Shown here piece by piece: positions 37,437 to 47,334 of a DNA stretch of 64,000 nucleotides (positions within the stretch are counted from its first letter, which is position 1; the number at the start of each line of letters is the position of its first letter). A program made the translations under genes and the position numbers. The DNA is from Chthoniobacterales bacterium (GTDB taxonomy: Bacteria > Verrucomicrobiota > Verrucomicrobiia > Chthoniobacterales > UBA10450). The DNA is taken from assembly GCA_035315805.1 (NCBI GenBank), contig DATFXN010000053.1, positions 25 to 64,024 on the forward strand, written 5' to 3'. The notes under the pieces were generated by a model. That model did no database searches and was not told where the DNA came from. It saw nothing but the letters and a program-made list of their open reading frames with translations.

Positions 37437-39028
37437 AGGAATACGATTTCGTTGTGATTGGAAGCGGCATTGCCGGGCTGAGCTTTGCCCTGAAAGCCGC
37501 CAAGCACGGTTCATTGGCGGTGGTCACGAAACGAAAAGGCCCGGACACGAACACAGCGTGGGCGCAGGGCGGGATCGCCTGCGTGACCAGCAATGAGGAC
37601 TCCTTCGAGCTGCACGTGCGCGACACGCTCGAAGCCGGCGCAGGTTTGTGTGACGAAAATGTCGTGCGCACGATTGTGAGTGAAGCGCCGGCGCGGATTC
37701 AGGATTTGGTCGAGCTTGGAGTGCAATTCGACGAGCGCGAAGTCTCCGGTCATCGCGAGTTCGATCTTGGAAAGGAAGGCGGACATTCGAAACGGCGCGT
37801 GCTTCACGTGCGCGATGAGACGGGCAAAGAAATCGAGAACGCGTTGCTGCGGGAGCTCGGCCGTCAATCACATGTCGATCTTTTGGAGAACCATATGGCT
37901 GTCGATTTAATCACGGCGGCCAAGATCGGGCACGCGGCCGAGGATCGTTGCCTGGGCATCTACATTCTTAACGAGAAGACAGCCAAAGTAGAGACGATTC
38001 GTTCGAATCGAATTGTGCTCGCGACCGGCGGGTGCGGGAAAGTTTATCTTTATACTACGAATCCCGATATCGCGACCGGTGACGGCGTGGCGATGGCGTG
38101 GCGTGCGGGCGTGACCATAGCCAATATGGAGTTCATTCAATTTCATCCGACCTGTTTGTTTCACCCGAAGGCGAAATCGTTTTTGATTTCGGAAGCGGTC
38201 CGCGGCGAAGGTGGAATCCTGCGCAACAGTCGCGGCGAAGATTTCATGAAGCGCTACGACCCGCGCGGCTCGCTCGCGCCGCGGGACATTGTCGCGCGGG
38301 CGATTGACGCCGAGATCAAACGTTCTGGGGCGCAATACGTTTTTCTCGATATCACGGAGAAACCAGTGGAGTTTTTACGCGAACGGTTCCCGAACATCTA
38401 CGAGACGTGTTTGCGGTTCGGGATCGACTTGACCAAACAGCCGATTCCGGTGGTGCCGGCGGCGCATTATCAATGCGGCGGAATCAAAACCGACGTGAAC
38501 GGCGCGACCGATTTGCCTGGTTTGTACGCGATCGGCGAGGTTGGTTGCACTGGACTCCACGGCGCGAATCGGTTGGCGAGTAACTCGCTGCTGGAAGGCT
38601 TGGTCGTGGCGCATCGCGCGGTTGAATCGGCAGTGAGATCTCGATCCGTAACGGCGCATCGCGAGATTGCACTGCCGGAATGGGAATCGGGCGACGTGCA
38701 GGATGTCGATGAGCTGGTGGTGATTTACCACAATTGGGACGAAATCCGGCGGTTGATGTGGGATTACGTTGGGATCGTCCGGACGGACAAACGACTGCAG
38801 CGGGCGAGTGCGCGTTTGCGGAACCTCCAGCGCGAGATCCGGGAATTTTATTGGAACTTCAAGGTGTCGGTGGATCTTTTGGAGCTGCGCAATCTGGCGA
38901 CGGTGGCAGCGTTGATTATCGATTCAGCCTTGAGACGCAAGGAAAGCCGCGGATTGCACTACACGCTCGATCATGCTGAAAAAGATGATCGCGAATACGT
39001 CCGGAACACCTTGATTAGCAGAACATAG
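37433..39028 (+). CDS. nadB: L-aspartate oxidase
   Basis: DFVVIGSGIAGLS, WAQGGIA, FIQFHPT, HGANRLASNSLLE; GTGA overlap with panC. Confidence 0.92.
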   Translation: MKEYDFVVIGSGIAGLSFALKAAKHGSLAVVTKRKGPDTNTAWAQGGIACVTSNEDSFELHVRDTLEAGAGLCDENVVRTIVSEAPARIQDLVELGVQFDEREVSGHREFDLGKEGGHSKRRVLHVRDETGKEIENALLRELGRQSHVDLLENHMAVDLITAAKIGHAAEDRCLGIYILNEKTAKVETIRSNRIVLATGGCGKVYLYTTNPDIATGDGVAMAWRAGVTIANMEFIQFHPTCLFHPKAKSFLISEAVRGEGGILRNSRGEDFMKRYDPRGSLAPRDIVARAIDAEIKRSGAQYVFLDITEKPVEFLRERFPNIYETCLRFGIDLTKQPIPVVPAAHYQCGGIKTDVNGATDLPGLYAIGEVGCTGLHGANRLASNSLLEGLVVAHRAVESAVRSRSVTAHREIALPEWESGDVQDVDELVVIYHNWDEIRRLMWDYVGIVRTDKRLQRASARLRNLQREIREFYWNFKVSVDLLELRNLATVAALIIDSALRRKESRGLHYTLDHAEKDDREYVRNTLISRT

Positions 39029-39148
39029 GACGGAACGGATAGTGCTTTAGGAGTTGTAACCGCCACCGGCGCTGGTTTTTCCATAATGAAGAGTGAAAAG
39101 CCTTGCGCGACGTGGAAGAATCGAATAGAAACAGGCCACGCTTTGCCG

Positions 39149-39988
39149 ATGAAACGCAGTCTTGCCCTATTGCTCCTGAGCGGCGCCATCGGTGTTCTAC
39201 GAGCGGAAGAGCAATCGACCTCGCCATATGCGACGGCGGCGGACTTTGCCAAGTATGCAATGAAGCTCCGCGAGCAAGCGCTGCTCAAGGTCGAGCCGCA
39301 GGTTTTCGTGCCGACCAGTTCGCGGCCGGCGATCCAACGATTTCCGTGGCATTCCAACATCGTGACGACGGTATTCTGGATCGGAGAACAAGCCGGCGGA
39401 AATAATCCGGTCCCGAACTTTCGGAGCTCCTGGGATCTGAACTGGCAGGCGAACTACGGCGGTTTTGACAATCCTGAGCGCTCCGAGCGGCGCAGTTACA
39501 TTCCGGTCGCATTCATTCCGAAGCAGAATCCGTTCTATTGCGCATTGCCTTATAACGACGTCACCCATGGTCAATTCAAACCGGAAGCGCCGCTGGTGAT
39601 TCCGTGGTTTAAACAGGCCTACACCGGGCAAGGACAATCGGTTTGCTGGCATCGCTGGATCGCGATCCGCAAAGGCAATCGCACCTGCTACGCGCAATGG
39701 GAAGACTGCGGGCCCTTCCGCACGGACCACTTCCAGTATGTCTTTGGGAACGAAAAACCGAAGCCAAACTTGAATCACGGTGCCGGCCTCGATGTTTCTC
39801 CCGCGGTGCGCGATTACCTTGGGCTGCAACCGACCGACGTGACCGATTGGGAATTCGTGAATACTCAGGACGTGCCCCCCGGGCCATGGCGCAGCTACGG
39901 CGAGAACAACCATTTTGTGATCGCAAGGCGTCAGGCCGAGCAACGTTTGGTGCAGCAGACTGGCAGCACCGGTAACGCCAAGAAATGA
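39149..39988 (+). CDS. secreted hypothetical protein, possible RlpA/expansin-like DPBB fold
   Basis: Signal peptide MKRSLALLLLSGAIGVLRA; ..CYAQWEDCGPF..GAGLDVSPAVRDYLGL.. resembles DPBB proteins (inference). Confidence 0.45.
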   Translation: MKRSLALLLLSGAIGVLRAEEQSTSPYATAADFAKYAMKLREQALLKVEPQVFVPTSSRPAIQRFPWHSNIVTTVFWIGEQAGGNNPVPNFRSSWDLNWQANYGGFDNPERSERRSYIPVAFIPKQNPFYCALPYNDVTHGQFKPEAPLVIPWFKQAYTGQGQSVCWHRWIAIRKGNRTCYAQWEDCGPFRTDHFQYVFGNEKPKPNLNHGAGLDVSPAVRDYLGLQPTDVTDWEFVNTQDVPPGPWRSYGENNHFVIARRQAEQRLVQQTGSTGNAKK

Positions 39989-40012
39989 CCGCGCCCTTCA
40001 CGCGCTGATTTC

Positions 40013-41725
40013 TCAGCCGATGCGCGGTTTCAATTCAATCAGTTTCGTTTGCAATTCCTCTGCGCTTTGCGACCACGGTTGGTAACGCCGCAGCCGGGTC
40101 TGGCAGATTTCGCTCAGACTGCGGATCTTTTTCGCCATGTCCGTGCAGAACGAATCAATAGCGGTGGCGAATTGTTTCTCGAGCATTTGGGTCAACTCAG
40201 TGCCCTTTGGATTTAATTGCCTCTCGTAATCCCGCCGGACTTTCCGGCAATGATTGAAGGCGAGAAAAATCGCAAACGCGGCCGCGACCCCTCCAACAAT
40301 GAGGGTGGCGTGCATCATCAGAGGCGTCTTCGCCAACGCCGCAGCCGATCCTGCGATCACGAGGATCGCTGCGATGACGCGGAGCCAGATTGATGTTTGG
40401 GAAAAAGATCGGGCGAGCTGTTCCTGCAGCGTTTTGCTGGCAAGAATGTCTATAAAAGCGGTTTGAATCGATTCGGAAAGTCCGCGGCGCTGGCCTGCGA
40501 AATCCGGCACACTCTGCCGCGCTTCCTTTTGCAGATCGGCTGACAGTTGATTTTCCAGGAGATCCTGCATTTGTGGCCAGAGCCCGCGCAAATCAGCCTC
40601 CAGAGTTTTGACCGCCCTGTCCATTTCCGGTTGCATTAACTGTCGCAGTTGGTTCTCAATTCTTGTGTGTAACTCCTGGTGTCCGGTCGTCGATCGCCAG
40701 ATCAAGCTGAAGCTGCGCCACCAGCTCAGTTTCTGTCGCAGTAACTGCGCTCGTTCCTTGGTTGTCCCCTCGTAGGCGCGCTCAACTTCGCGCACGAGAG
40801 CGGTTACCTGGCGCAGCATTTGTTCGCGCCGCGTGCCGAGCAGTTCCTCAAGACGATCGAGCACAGCGATGTTGCCGGAAATCTTGTCCACAGTCCCGCG
40901 AATTTCCCGGTTCAAATCTTCTAGGGCAACATGAGTGGCCTGAAACGTCGAGCGCAGTTTCAACATTCGCGGGCTCGATTCGGTGACGATGAAATTAATC
41001 TGCTCTTCCAACGGCGCGAACGCGCTCTGCTCCCAGAGCTTTTCCTTGTCCACACCACTGGTGCGCGCGAGCAACGCTTTGCGCGCCGAGACCGCGAAGA
41101 TCGGCGGGACGAACCCGAGTCGCCGCATCGCCGTATCCTGCAGATGTCGATGGATTACGTCGATTTCCGTCGGCTCGCGCAAATCGATTTGCTGAAGCAC
41201 GAAGATCACGTTCTTGAGCCAGGTTTTTTGCAGGAAATCCAGGAATTCCCAGTTCGATTGCGTCCACGGATTGGCGACCGAGAAAACGAAAAGGACAATG
41301 TCGGTCCGCGGCATGAAATCTTCCGCCACCATTTGATGCTCCTTGACCATCGTGTTGGTTCCGGGTGTATCGACGACGTTGAAATCGCGCAGAAAGGGAA
41401 TTGGCAGATAGCGTTCGGTTAATTTTGAAGAAACTTCTGTTGATTTTTCTTCCGGTCCGAAGCGAAAAATGTAAACGCGATCGGTTGCGGGCAGGACGTC
41501 CACTTTCGCAAATTCGTTGCCGAAAAGCGCGTTGAGCAGCGACGATTTACCCGATTTTACTTCGCCCACGACGACGAAGAGCAATGGTTCGCTGATGTCG
41601 CGCAGCAGCGCTCGTAGCGTATCGAGTTGTTCACTTGGGCGCTGCATTTCCGAAGCGAGCTTGATTACCCTTGCGAGACCGTCTTCAAGCGCGCCTTTGA
41701 GCTGCAAATATCGATCGGCGATCAT
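40013..41725 (-). CDS. bacterial dynamin-like GTPase with C-terminal membrane hairpin
   Basis: G1 VVVGEVKSGKSSLLNALFG, G3 DTPGTN, long helical stalk, hydrophobic hairpin ..IWLRVIAAILVIAGSAAALAKTPLMMHATLIVGGVAAAFAIFLAF.. Confidence 0.8.
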   Translation of the reverse strand: MIADRYLQLKGALEDGLARVIKLASEMQRPSEQLDTLRALLRDISEPLLFVVVGEVKSGKSSLLNALFGNEFAKVDVLPATDRVYIFRFGPEEKSTEVSSKLTERYLPIPFLRDFNVVDTPGTNTMVKEHQMVAEDFMPRTDIVLFVFSVANPWTQSNWEFLDFLQKTWLKNVIFVLQQIDLREPTEIDVIHRHLQDTAMRRLGFVPPIFAVSARKALLARTSGVDKEKLWEQSAFAPLEEQINFIVTESSPRMLKLRSTFQATHVALEDLNREIRGTVDKISGNIAVLDRLEELLGTRREQMLRQVTALVREVERAYEGTTKERAQLLRQKLSWWRSFSLIWRSTTGHQELHTRIENQLRQLMQPEMDRAVKTLEADLRGLWPQMQDLLENQLSADLQKEARQSVPDFAGQRRGLSESIQTAFIDILASKTLQEQLARSFSQTSIWLRVIAAILVIAGSAAALAKTPLMMHATLIVGGVAAAFAIFLAFNHCRKVRRDYERQLNPKGTELTQMLEKQFATAIDSFCTDMAKKIRSLSEICQTRLRRYQPWSQSAEELQTKLIELKPRIG

Positions 41726-41731
41726 GCAACC

Positions 41732-42547
41732 TCAGTCGTGCGGCGTTAGGGAAGAAGATGTCGATGCAGGCGGCGCCGATTTCGGCGATGGCGAGGGCTT
41801 CGGTGGGATAGGCGTTTGCATCGCGATCAATTCCGAGACAGTGACGAATTTGAATCCCTTTGCCTGAAGCTGATTCAATACGCATGGCATCGCCTCAATC
41901 GTGCCGGGGTGAATATCGTGTGCCAGTACGATCGAACCGGGGCGAGTATTTCTGACGATGCGATTACAAACAACGCTCGGCCCCGGCCTTCTCCAATCCA
42001 ATGGATCCACATCCCAAAGCACGATCTTGTAACCAAACTCCTGGTTGATCCATTTTTTTTGGCGAGCGCTGATCGATCCGTACGGCGGCCGCATCAACGT
42101 TGGGCGATTGCCGGTAGCATTTCGAATCGCGTCGTCCGTTCTTCGCACCTGGCCGCGAATTCCTTCATCGGATATTTTAGTCAGATTGGCGTGCGACCAA
42201 GTGTGGTTCGCGACCTCGTGTCCTTCTCGCGCTTCTCGGGCCACGATTTCAGAATTCTCCGCCACGTTTTCGCCGATCACGAAAAAGGTTGCCTTAATGT
42301 GATGGGCCGCGAGCAAATCGAGGAGCTTTGGCGTCAACTTCGCGCTCGGTCCGTCATCGAACGTCACTGCGATGAAGGGACCGTCGACGTGGACCCAGTC
42401 GAAGGTTATCCCGGACTCGGCTGATGCCGGAGGTTTGGATTTTTCGGGGGCTTGCGGCCCAACCGGATCACCGGCGCGAACCGTGACAATTCCAAGTGAA
42501 CCGAGAAAACAAAAAAGAAAAAAACGAACCATGAACATGAATTTCAT
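41732..42547 (-). CDS. secreted polysaccharide deacetylase (NodB homology domain)
   Basis: VAVTFDDGPS, HEVANHTWSH, VLAHD motifs; signal peptide; Pro/Ser-rich tail. Confidence 0.85.
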   Translation of the reverse strand: MKFMFMVRFFLFCFLGSLGIVTVRAGDPVGPQAPEKSKPPASAESGITFDWVHVDGPFIAVTFDDGPSAKLTPKLLDLLAAHHIKATFFVIGENVAENSEIVAREAREGHEVANHTWSHANLTKISDEGIRGQVRRTDDAIRNATGNRPTLMRPPYGSISARQKKWINQEFGYKIVLWDVDPLDWRRPGPSVVCNRIVRNTRPGSIVLAHDIHPGTIEAMPCVLNQLQAKGFKFVTVSELIAMQTPIPPKPSPSPKSAPPASTSSSLTPHD

Positions 42548-42772
42548 ATCCGCGACGAACTTTCGCTGTATCTAGCAAAGGGCGAAGGTAACGCAAGGCG
42601 CGGCCCACGTCGCCGCGGATATCGATCTTGTCTAGGGAAAAATCTGATCCTCATTTTTTTGCCGATTAATAGCATCGTTTGGCAGTCATCCTGCTCCGCA
42701 TCGTTGAGCGATCAGGCATGCTCGCACATAACCTGGTCGAAGAGTTATTTGGGGACTTTCGTAATTCAGGAA

Positions 42773-44662
42773 ATGAGAATACTGCTCGTCGAAGATCACC
42801 CGGAAAGTCGCCGGACTTTGCAGCGGTTGATCGAGCGGCGCGGTCACGAAGTGATCGCGGTCGGCAGTGCAGAGGAAGCCGAAACTGAGTTAGCGAAGGG
42901 AGCATTTCCATTTCTAATTTTGGATTGGATGCTGCCTGGTAAGAGCGGCGTCGAACTCTGCCGGGAGCTGCGCTCCCGGCCGGACGGCGACGAATTTTTC
43001 ATTCTTTTGGTGACGGCGCGAGATGACACGCAGGATCTCGAAGAAGCGCTCGAAGCCGGGGCCAATGATTATCTCGTTAAGCCGCTGGACTCGGCATTAC
43101 TGAAAGTTCGGCTCTCGGTTGCCGAGCGACGCGTTCGGGCCCTGATCGAGCGAAATCAAGCGCGGGCGGAGCTGCGAGAAGCGGTCGGAAAAATGACGGA
43201 CATTTTGGAAAAAACCAGCGACGGTTTTTTCGCTTTGGATGCAGATTGGAAATTTACCTTCGTCAATCGGCAGGCGGAGAAATTGCTCGACCGCCGTCGC
43301 AAGGATTTAATCGGCAGGGATCTTTGGACGGAATTTCCCGAGTCCAACGGCGAACCATTCGAAAAAAATTATCGGCGAGCCATGTCCGAACAAGTTGCGG
43401 TTGAATTCGAAGCGAGCGATGCGAGCGGGCAGGTGTGGTTGGAGATGCTTGCTTATCCGAGCGGTGGTGGCATTTCGGTTTTCCTGCGAGATGTGACGGA
43501 TCGTAAGCGCGTTGAAGCCGAACGTTTGACCACGAGCAAGCTGGAATCACTTGGGACGCTTGCGGGAGGAATTGCCCACGATCTAAACAACATTTTGACG
43601 GTCATTTCCGGTAACATCGGGCTGGCGCAAATCGAAGCTCCGGAGAATTCGGTCAGTCTGCTCTCTTTCTTAACGCGCGCCGGCGAAGCGGCGCAGCAGG
43701 CCGCTCAGCTTTCAAATCAGTTACTGACGTTCTCGAAAGGAGGCGCGCCCCTGAAGCGGATCGCTTCAATTTCCGCTCTGGTCGCTCAAGCCGCCGAATT
43801 TTCACTTCACGGCTCCAACCTTCGCGCTGAGCTCGATATTCCAAGCGATCTTTGGCAGGCTGCAGTCGATCCCGGACAAATCGAGCAGGTGATGAATGCG
43901 CTCATCATTAATGCGCGCGAAGCCATGCCTCGCGGCGGGGCTGTCCGAGTCTCGGCGAGCAATGTCGAGGTTGACGTAAATTCCGAGCTGCCAATTCGGC
44001 CCGGTCGCTACGTTAAAGTGCAAATCGCAGACAACGACGGAGGCATCGACCCGAGGGCGATCACGAAAATTTTTGATCCCTATTTTACAACGAAGCCGGG
44101 AGCGACTGGGCTTGGCTTGTCGATCAGTTACTCGGTGGTGAAAAAACATGGGGGACTCCTTCACCTCGAAAGTACTTCCCCGGCCGGATCGACATTCGCG
44201 TTTTATTTGCCGGCGACTGAGGGCGAACCGCAGACTCTGGAGCCGCCGTTGCCGACCAAGGTTTTCAATTTCAGCCATCAACGGGTTTTGGTTATGGACG
44301 ATGAAGCAGCCATTCGCGACCTGACGTCCGAGTTACTTGGCACACTTGGCTATCAAGTCACAACAGTCCCGGACGGCGCGGAAGCGCTCAAGACCTACGA
44401 GGAGGCTATGCGTTCGGGCGAAAATTTTCAGGCGGTAATCTTAGACGCGACTATTCGCGGCGGTATGGGTGGCGTCGCGACTATTGAGCGGCTGCGCGAC
44501 CTCGACCCGAACGTCACCGCGATCATCTGCAGCGGTTATTCGGACGAAGCAGCGCTCTCGGAGTTTTTGACCTACGGTTTTCGGGCAGCTCTGCCGAAAC
44601 CGTTTACCCGTCACGAACTGGCGAACGTGCTTCGACGCGCGTTCGAATCGGGGAGCGGGTAG
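42773..44662 (+). CDS. hybrid sensor kinase REC-PAS-HisKA-HATPase-REC
   Basis: RILLVEDHP..LDWMLPG (REC), PAS (..FTFVNRQAEKLL..), H-box GGIAHDLNN, GLGLSISY, C-terminal REC (VLVMDDE..). Confidence 0.85.
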   Translation: MRILLVEDHPESRRTLQRLIERRGHEVIAVGSAEEAETELAKGAFPFLILDWMLPGKSGVELCRELRSRPDGDEFFILLVTARDDTQDLEEALEAGANDYLVKPLDSALLKVRLSVAERRVRALIERNQARAELREAVGKMTDILEKTSDGFFALDADWKFTFVNRQAEKLLDRRRKDLIGRDLWTEFPESNGEPFEKNYRRAMSEQVAVEFEASDASGQVWLEMLAYPSGGGISVFLRDVTDRKRVEAERLTTSKLESLGTLAGGIAHDLNNILTVISGNIGLAQIEAPENSVSLLSFLTRAGEAAQQAAQLSNQLLTFSKGGAPLKRIASISALVAQAAEFSLHGSNLRAELDIPSDLWQAAVDPGQIEQVMNALIINAREAMPRGGAVRVSASNVEVDVNSELPIRPGRYVKVQIADNDGGIDPRAITKIFDPYFTTKPGATGLGLSISYSVVKKHGGLLHLESTSPAGSTFAFYLPATEGEPQTLEPPLPTKVFNFSHQRVLVMDDEAAIRDLTSELLGTLGYQVTTVPDGAEALKTYEEAMRSGENFQAVILDATIRGGMGGVATIERLRDLDPNVTAIICSGYSDEAALSEFLTYGFRAALPKPFTRHELANVLRRAFESGSG

Positions 44663-44698
44663 GCCGCTCGACTAAGATTCGACATCCACCCGGCGCGC

Positions 44699-45145
44699 TC
44701 AGCCTTTGCGTACTTTGTCCAATTCCGCGAGGAAGGCCGTAACCCCGCCGCTGTAATAGCCTTCATATCGCCAGATGGTCTTGCCCTCGCCGTCGAGCAA
44801 GAGAAGGGTTGGAAAAGCTGCAATTTGATATTGCTCCGCCAATTGCATGTTTTGCTTCTGTGTCTCGATGCTTAGCGCTTTGCGCCGCGGAAAATCAATC
44901 TCCACTAGCACCAGATTCTTATTGGCGTAATCCTTGAATTGTACTTGGGAAAGGATTGCCCGATCGAGCAGGACACAAAATCCGCACCAATCCGAGCCCG
45001 TAAAGTTGAGCAGCACCAGCTTGTGGCTCGCCTTGGCTTCTTCCTGAGCCTTTTTGTAATCCGTCGTCCAAGGAGAGTCAGCGCGCGCCAGCGTCGTGCA
45101 AAATAATCCAGCCACAAACAGAACGGTCGCGAGCAGTTTTTTCAC
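44699..45145 (-). CDS. secreted thioredoxin-fold protein (CxxC)
   Basis: Signal peptide VKKLLATVLFVAGLF..; LLNFTGSDWCGFCVLL; GTG start. Confidence 0.7.
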   Translation of the reverse strand: MKKLLATVLFVAGLFCTTLARADSPWTTDYKKAQEEAKASHKLVLLNFTGSDWCGFCVLLDRAILSQVQFKDYANKNLVLVEIDFPRRKALSIETQKQNMQLAEQYQIAAFPTLLLLDGEGKTIWRYEGYYSGGVTAFLAELDKVRKG

Positions 45146-45272
45146 ACCGAAACTTCGACCAAGCCGCGTAAATGCGCAAGCGCAGGCCGGCATGAGCCGC
45201 CTACGAGGAGCGCGTCCGCTCGAGCGTTTTCAATCCGCGCCAGTAGCGCGGAGTCAAAATGCAGCGAGTAAC

Positions 45273-45551
45273 TTAACTAATGTGACCCGAGACGAGCTTA
45301 GTCATCTCGAACATGCTGACCTGGCTCTTGCCGTTGAAAACCGGCCGGAGCGTATCGTCCGCATTGATTTGAGTTCGCTTGGTCTTGTCCTGAAGCCCGT
45401 TCTTCTTGATGTAGTCCCAGAGCTTCTTGGTCAGCTCAGAACGCGGCAATGGCTTTGAACCCACAACAGCGGCAAGCTTGTCGTCGGGCTGGACTGGTCT
45501 CATGAAGGCGGGATTGGGTTTGCGTTTTGAAGGAGTCTTGGTTTTCGGCAT
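45273..45551 (-). CDS. SWIB/MDM2-domain protein
   Basis: ..PLPRSELTKKLWDYIKKNGLQDKTKRTQINADDTLRPVF..MFEMTKLVSGH. Confidence 0.85.
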   Translation of the reverse strand: MPKTKTPSKRKPNPAFMRPVQPDDKLAAVVGSKPLPRSELTKKLWDYIKKNGLQDKTKRTQINADDTLRPVFNGKSQVSMFEMTKLVSGHIS

Positions 45552-45617
45552 ACAGGGTGATTAATGCTTCGGCTGCGGCAGAGCAACATTAATTTTCGCC
45601 GGAAATTTTTTTGTTTG

Positions 45618-46769
45618 CTAATTGGCGCGGCGCACTACCACTGCGGCCACATCGTCAGGCGGCGATTCGCTGGCCTCGGGCGCGGCCGCTTTCAACATCA
45701 AATCCAGCAAAGCTCCCGCGCTGGCGGCAAACGGATTGAGCATTCCGGCAAGTTGCGTCGGGGTCGATCGCGGTCCGCCATCTCTCTTGGCGCCAAACAA
45801 TCCGTCGGTGTAAAGAGTGAAGGCGTCGCCCGGCTTCAATTCGAGAATGGTTTCGGCGAAGGATGATTGTTCGACCAACCCCAAAGGCGGCGCAGACGAA
45901 GCAATCGCTTCGGTCCCGCGACCGAATCGAGTGACGAGTAATGGCGGATGACCCGCACCCGCCACGGTCGCTTGCCCGCTTTTCGGGTCCAACACCACGC
46001 ACATCGCGCTCATGAAAGAACGCCCGCTAAAAATCCCCCGCAGATCATTGTTCACTGCTTCCATGATCACGGCCGGCTCTTCGTGTTCTGAATGTCCGTG
46101 GTGAAAGAGAAGTTTGGCCAACGTAGTCATTAAGGCCGCGGAAGCGCCGTGACCCGTCGCGTCGGCGATCCAGAACAACCAGCGACCATTTTTTATCGGG
46201 AGCCAGCCGTAGATATCGCCGCCCACTTCAATCACTGGACGGTAACAGGATGCGATTTCCCATCCGGGAAGTGTTGGCGGTTTTTGTGGAATCAGCGATT
46301 GCTGAGTCAGTCGCGCGGCCGCCAGATCGCGCTCGAGATTTCGGCGCCAGGCTTCCAATTCCTGATTTTGCTGCTGGAGTTGCACCCGCAAAGAATGCAT
46401 GCGCAACTGGCTCTCGATCCGCGCCCGCAGCACTTCGGCGTTGACCGGCTTGGTCACGAAATCATCGGCCCCGGCGTTGAGACACGTGACTTCGCTTTCG
46501 CCATATCCGGTTAGCATGATCACGGGTATTTGAGCGACTGCCGGGTTTGGATCTGCCCGCAATCGTCTCAAGACTGCGGCGCCATCGATTGTCGGCATTT
46601 TGAAATCGAGCAGCAGAATGGCTGGTTGTTTTTCACGAACGAACTGCAACGCGTCGGACGCGCTGTCCATCTCCCGGCAAACGTAACCTGCCGAAGTGAG
46701 CATTCGCGCAAGCAACTTCCGGCTGCTTGCATCGTCGTCGACGATTAGAATTGGTGGGTTAGGCTCCAT
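45618..46769 (-). CDS. response-regulator receiver fused to PP2C/SpoIIE-type phosphatase
   Basis: ILIVDDDASSRKLL..LLLDFKMP (REC); coiled linker; SpoIIE core ..GGDIYGW..IADATGHGASAAL..YTDGL.. Confidence 0.85.
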   Translation of the reverse strand: MEPNPPILIVDDDASSRKLLARMLTSAGYVCREMDSASDALQFVREKQPAILLLDFKMPTIDGAAVLRRLRADPNPAVAQIPVIMLTGYGESEVTCLNAGADDFVTKPVNAEVLRARIESQLRMHSLRVQLQQQNQELEAWRRNLERDLAAARLTQQSLIPQKPPTLPGWEIASCYRPVIEVGGDIYGWLPIKNGRWLFWIADATGHGASAALMTTLAKLLFHHGHSEHEEPAVIMEAVNNDLRGIFSGRSFMSAMCVVLDPKSGQATVAGAGHPPLLVTRFGRGTEAIASSAPPLGLVEQSSFAETILELKPGDAFTLYTDGLFGAKRDGGPRSTPTQLAGMLNPFAASAGALLDLMLKAAAPEASESPPDDVAAVVVRRAN

Positions 46770-46879
46770 CGCTGAGAGTGACTTGGAAATCGCCGTCCGA
46801 TTGGCTCTTGCGAAATAAATTGCGATTCCGAGCAAACTAGCATTGAAATAGAAGCAGTGTAAACTTCGTCCAATAAAAT

Positions 46880-47269
46880 ATGAAATTGTGGCTTTTGCTC
46901 GCGCTACTTACCGGTTTTGTTGCGGCTTGCTCGGAGGAAGGACCGCCGCCAGCCGGTACGCCCCATAGGGTGGCCCGATATCCCGCTGAAACCGGCACGG
47001 AAAACCAGCCTACGCAACAGCCCTTTAATCCAAACGCGCCGCCGGAAAACGAGGAAGCCGCTACGCAACCGTCCGCACCAGCACCGACCACCGCCACGGC
47101 CCCAAAGCCCGCGAAGGGCGATTATCCTTACGGGACGCCCGTACCTGGCAAACCTGGGTTTGTCAAAAGCCCGTATGCTCCCGACCAGGGACTGGTCGAT
47201 GTCCGCGGTTTCCCACCTGGCACCGAAGTTAAGGATCCGTTTACAAATAAGATTTTTCTTGTCCCGTGA
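46880..47269 (+). CDS. Pro-rich lipoprotein
   Basis: Lipobox LLTGFVAAC; Pro-rich linker; C-terminal ..[37 protein letters not shown]. Confidence 0.5.
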   Translation: MKLWLLLALLTGFVAACSEEGPPPAGTPHRVARYPAETGTENQPTQQPFNPNAPPENEEAATQPSAPAPTTATAPKPAKGDYPYGTPVPGKPGFVKSPYAPDQGLVDVRGFPPGTEVKDPFTNKIFLVP

Positions 47270-47334
47270 CCGCAGTTGCGGCGTATGCCAGACGCTAGAT
47301 ACTGAATGCTGCATCCTCTTGTTTTGATTTATTT

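Noticed and set aside
39197-39943. 248-aa minus-strand ORF
   Set aside because: It is antisense to the signal-peptide-bearing ORF 39149-39988 and is Arg/Pro-rich with no motifs.
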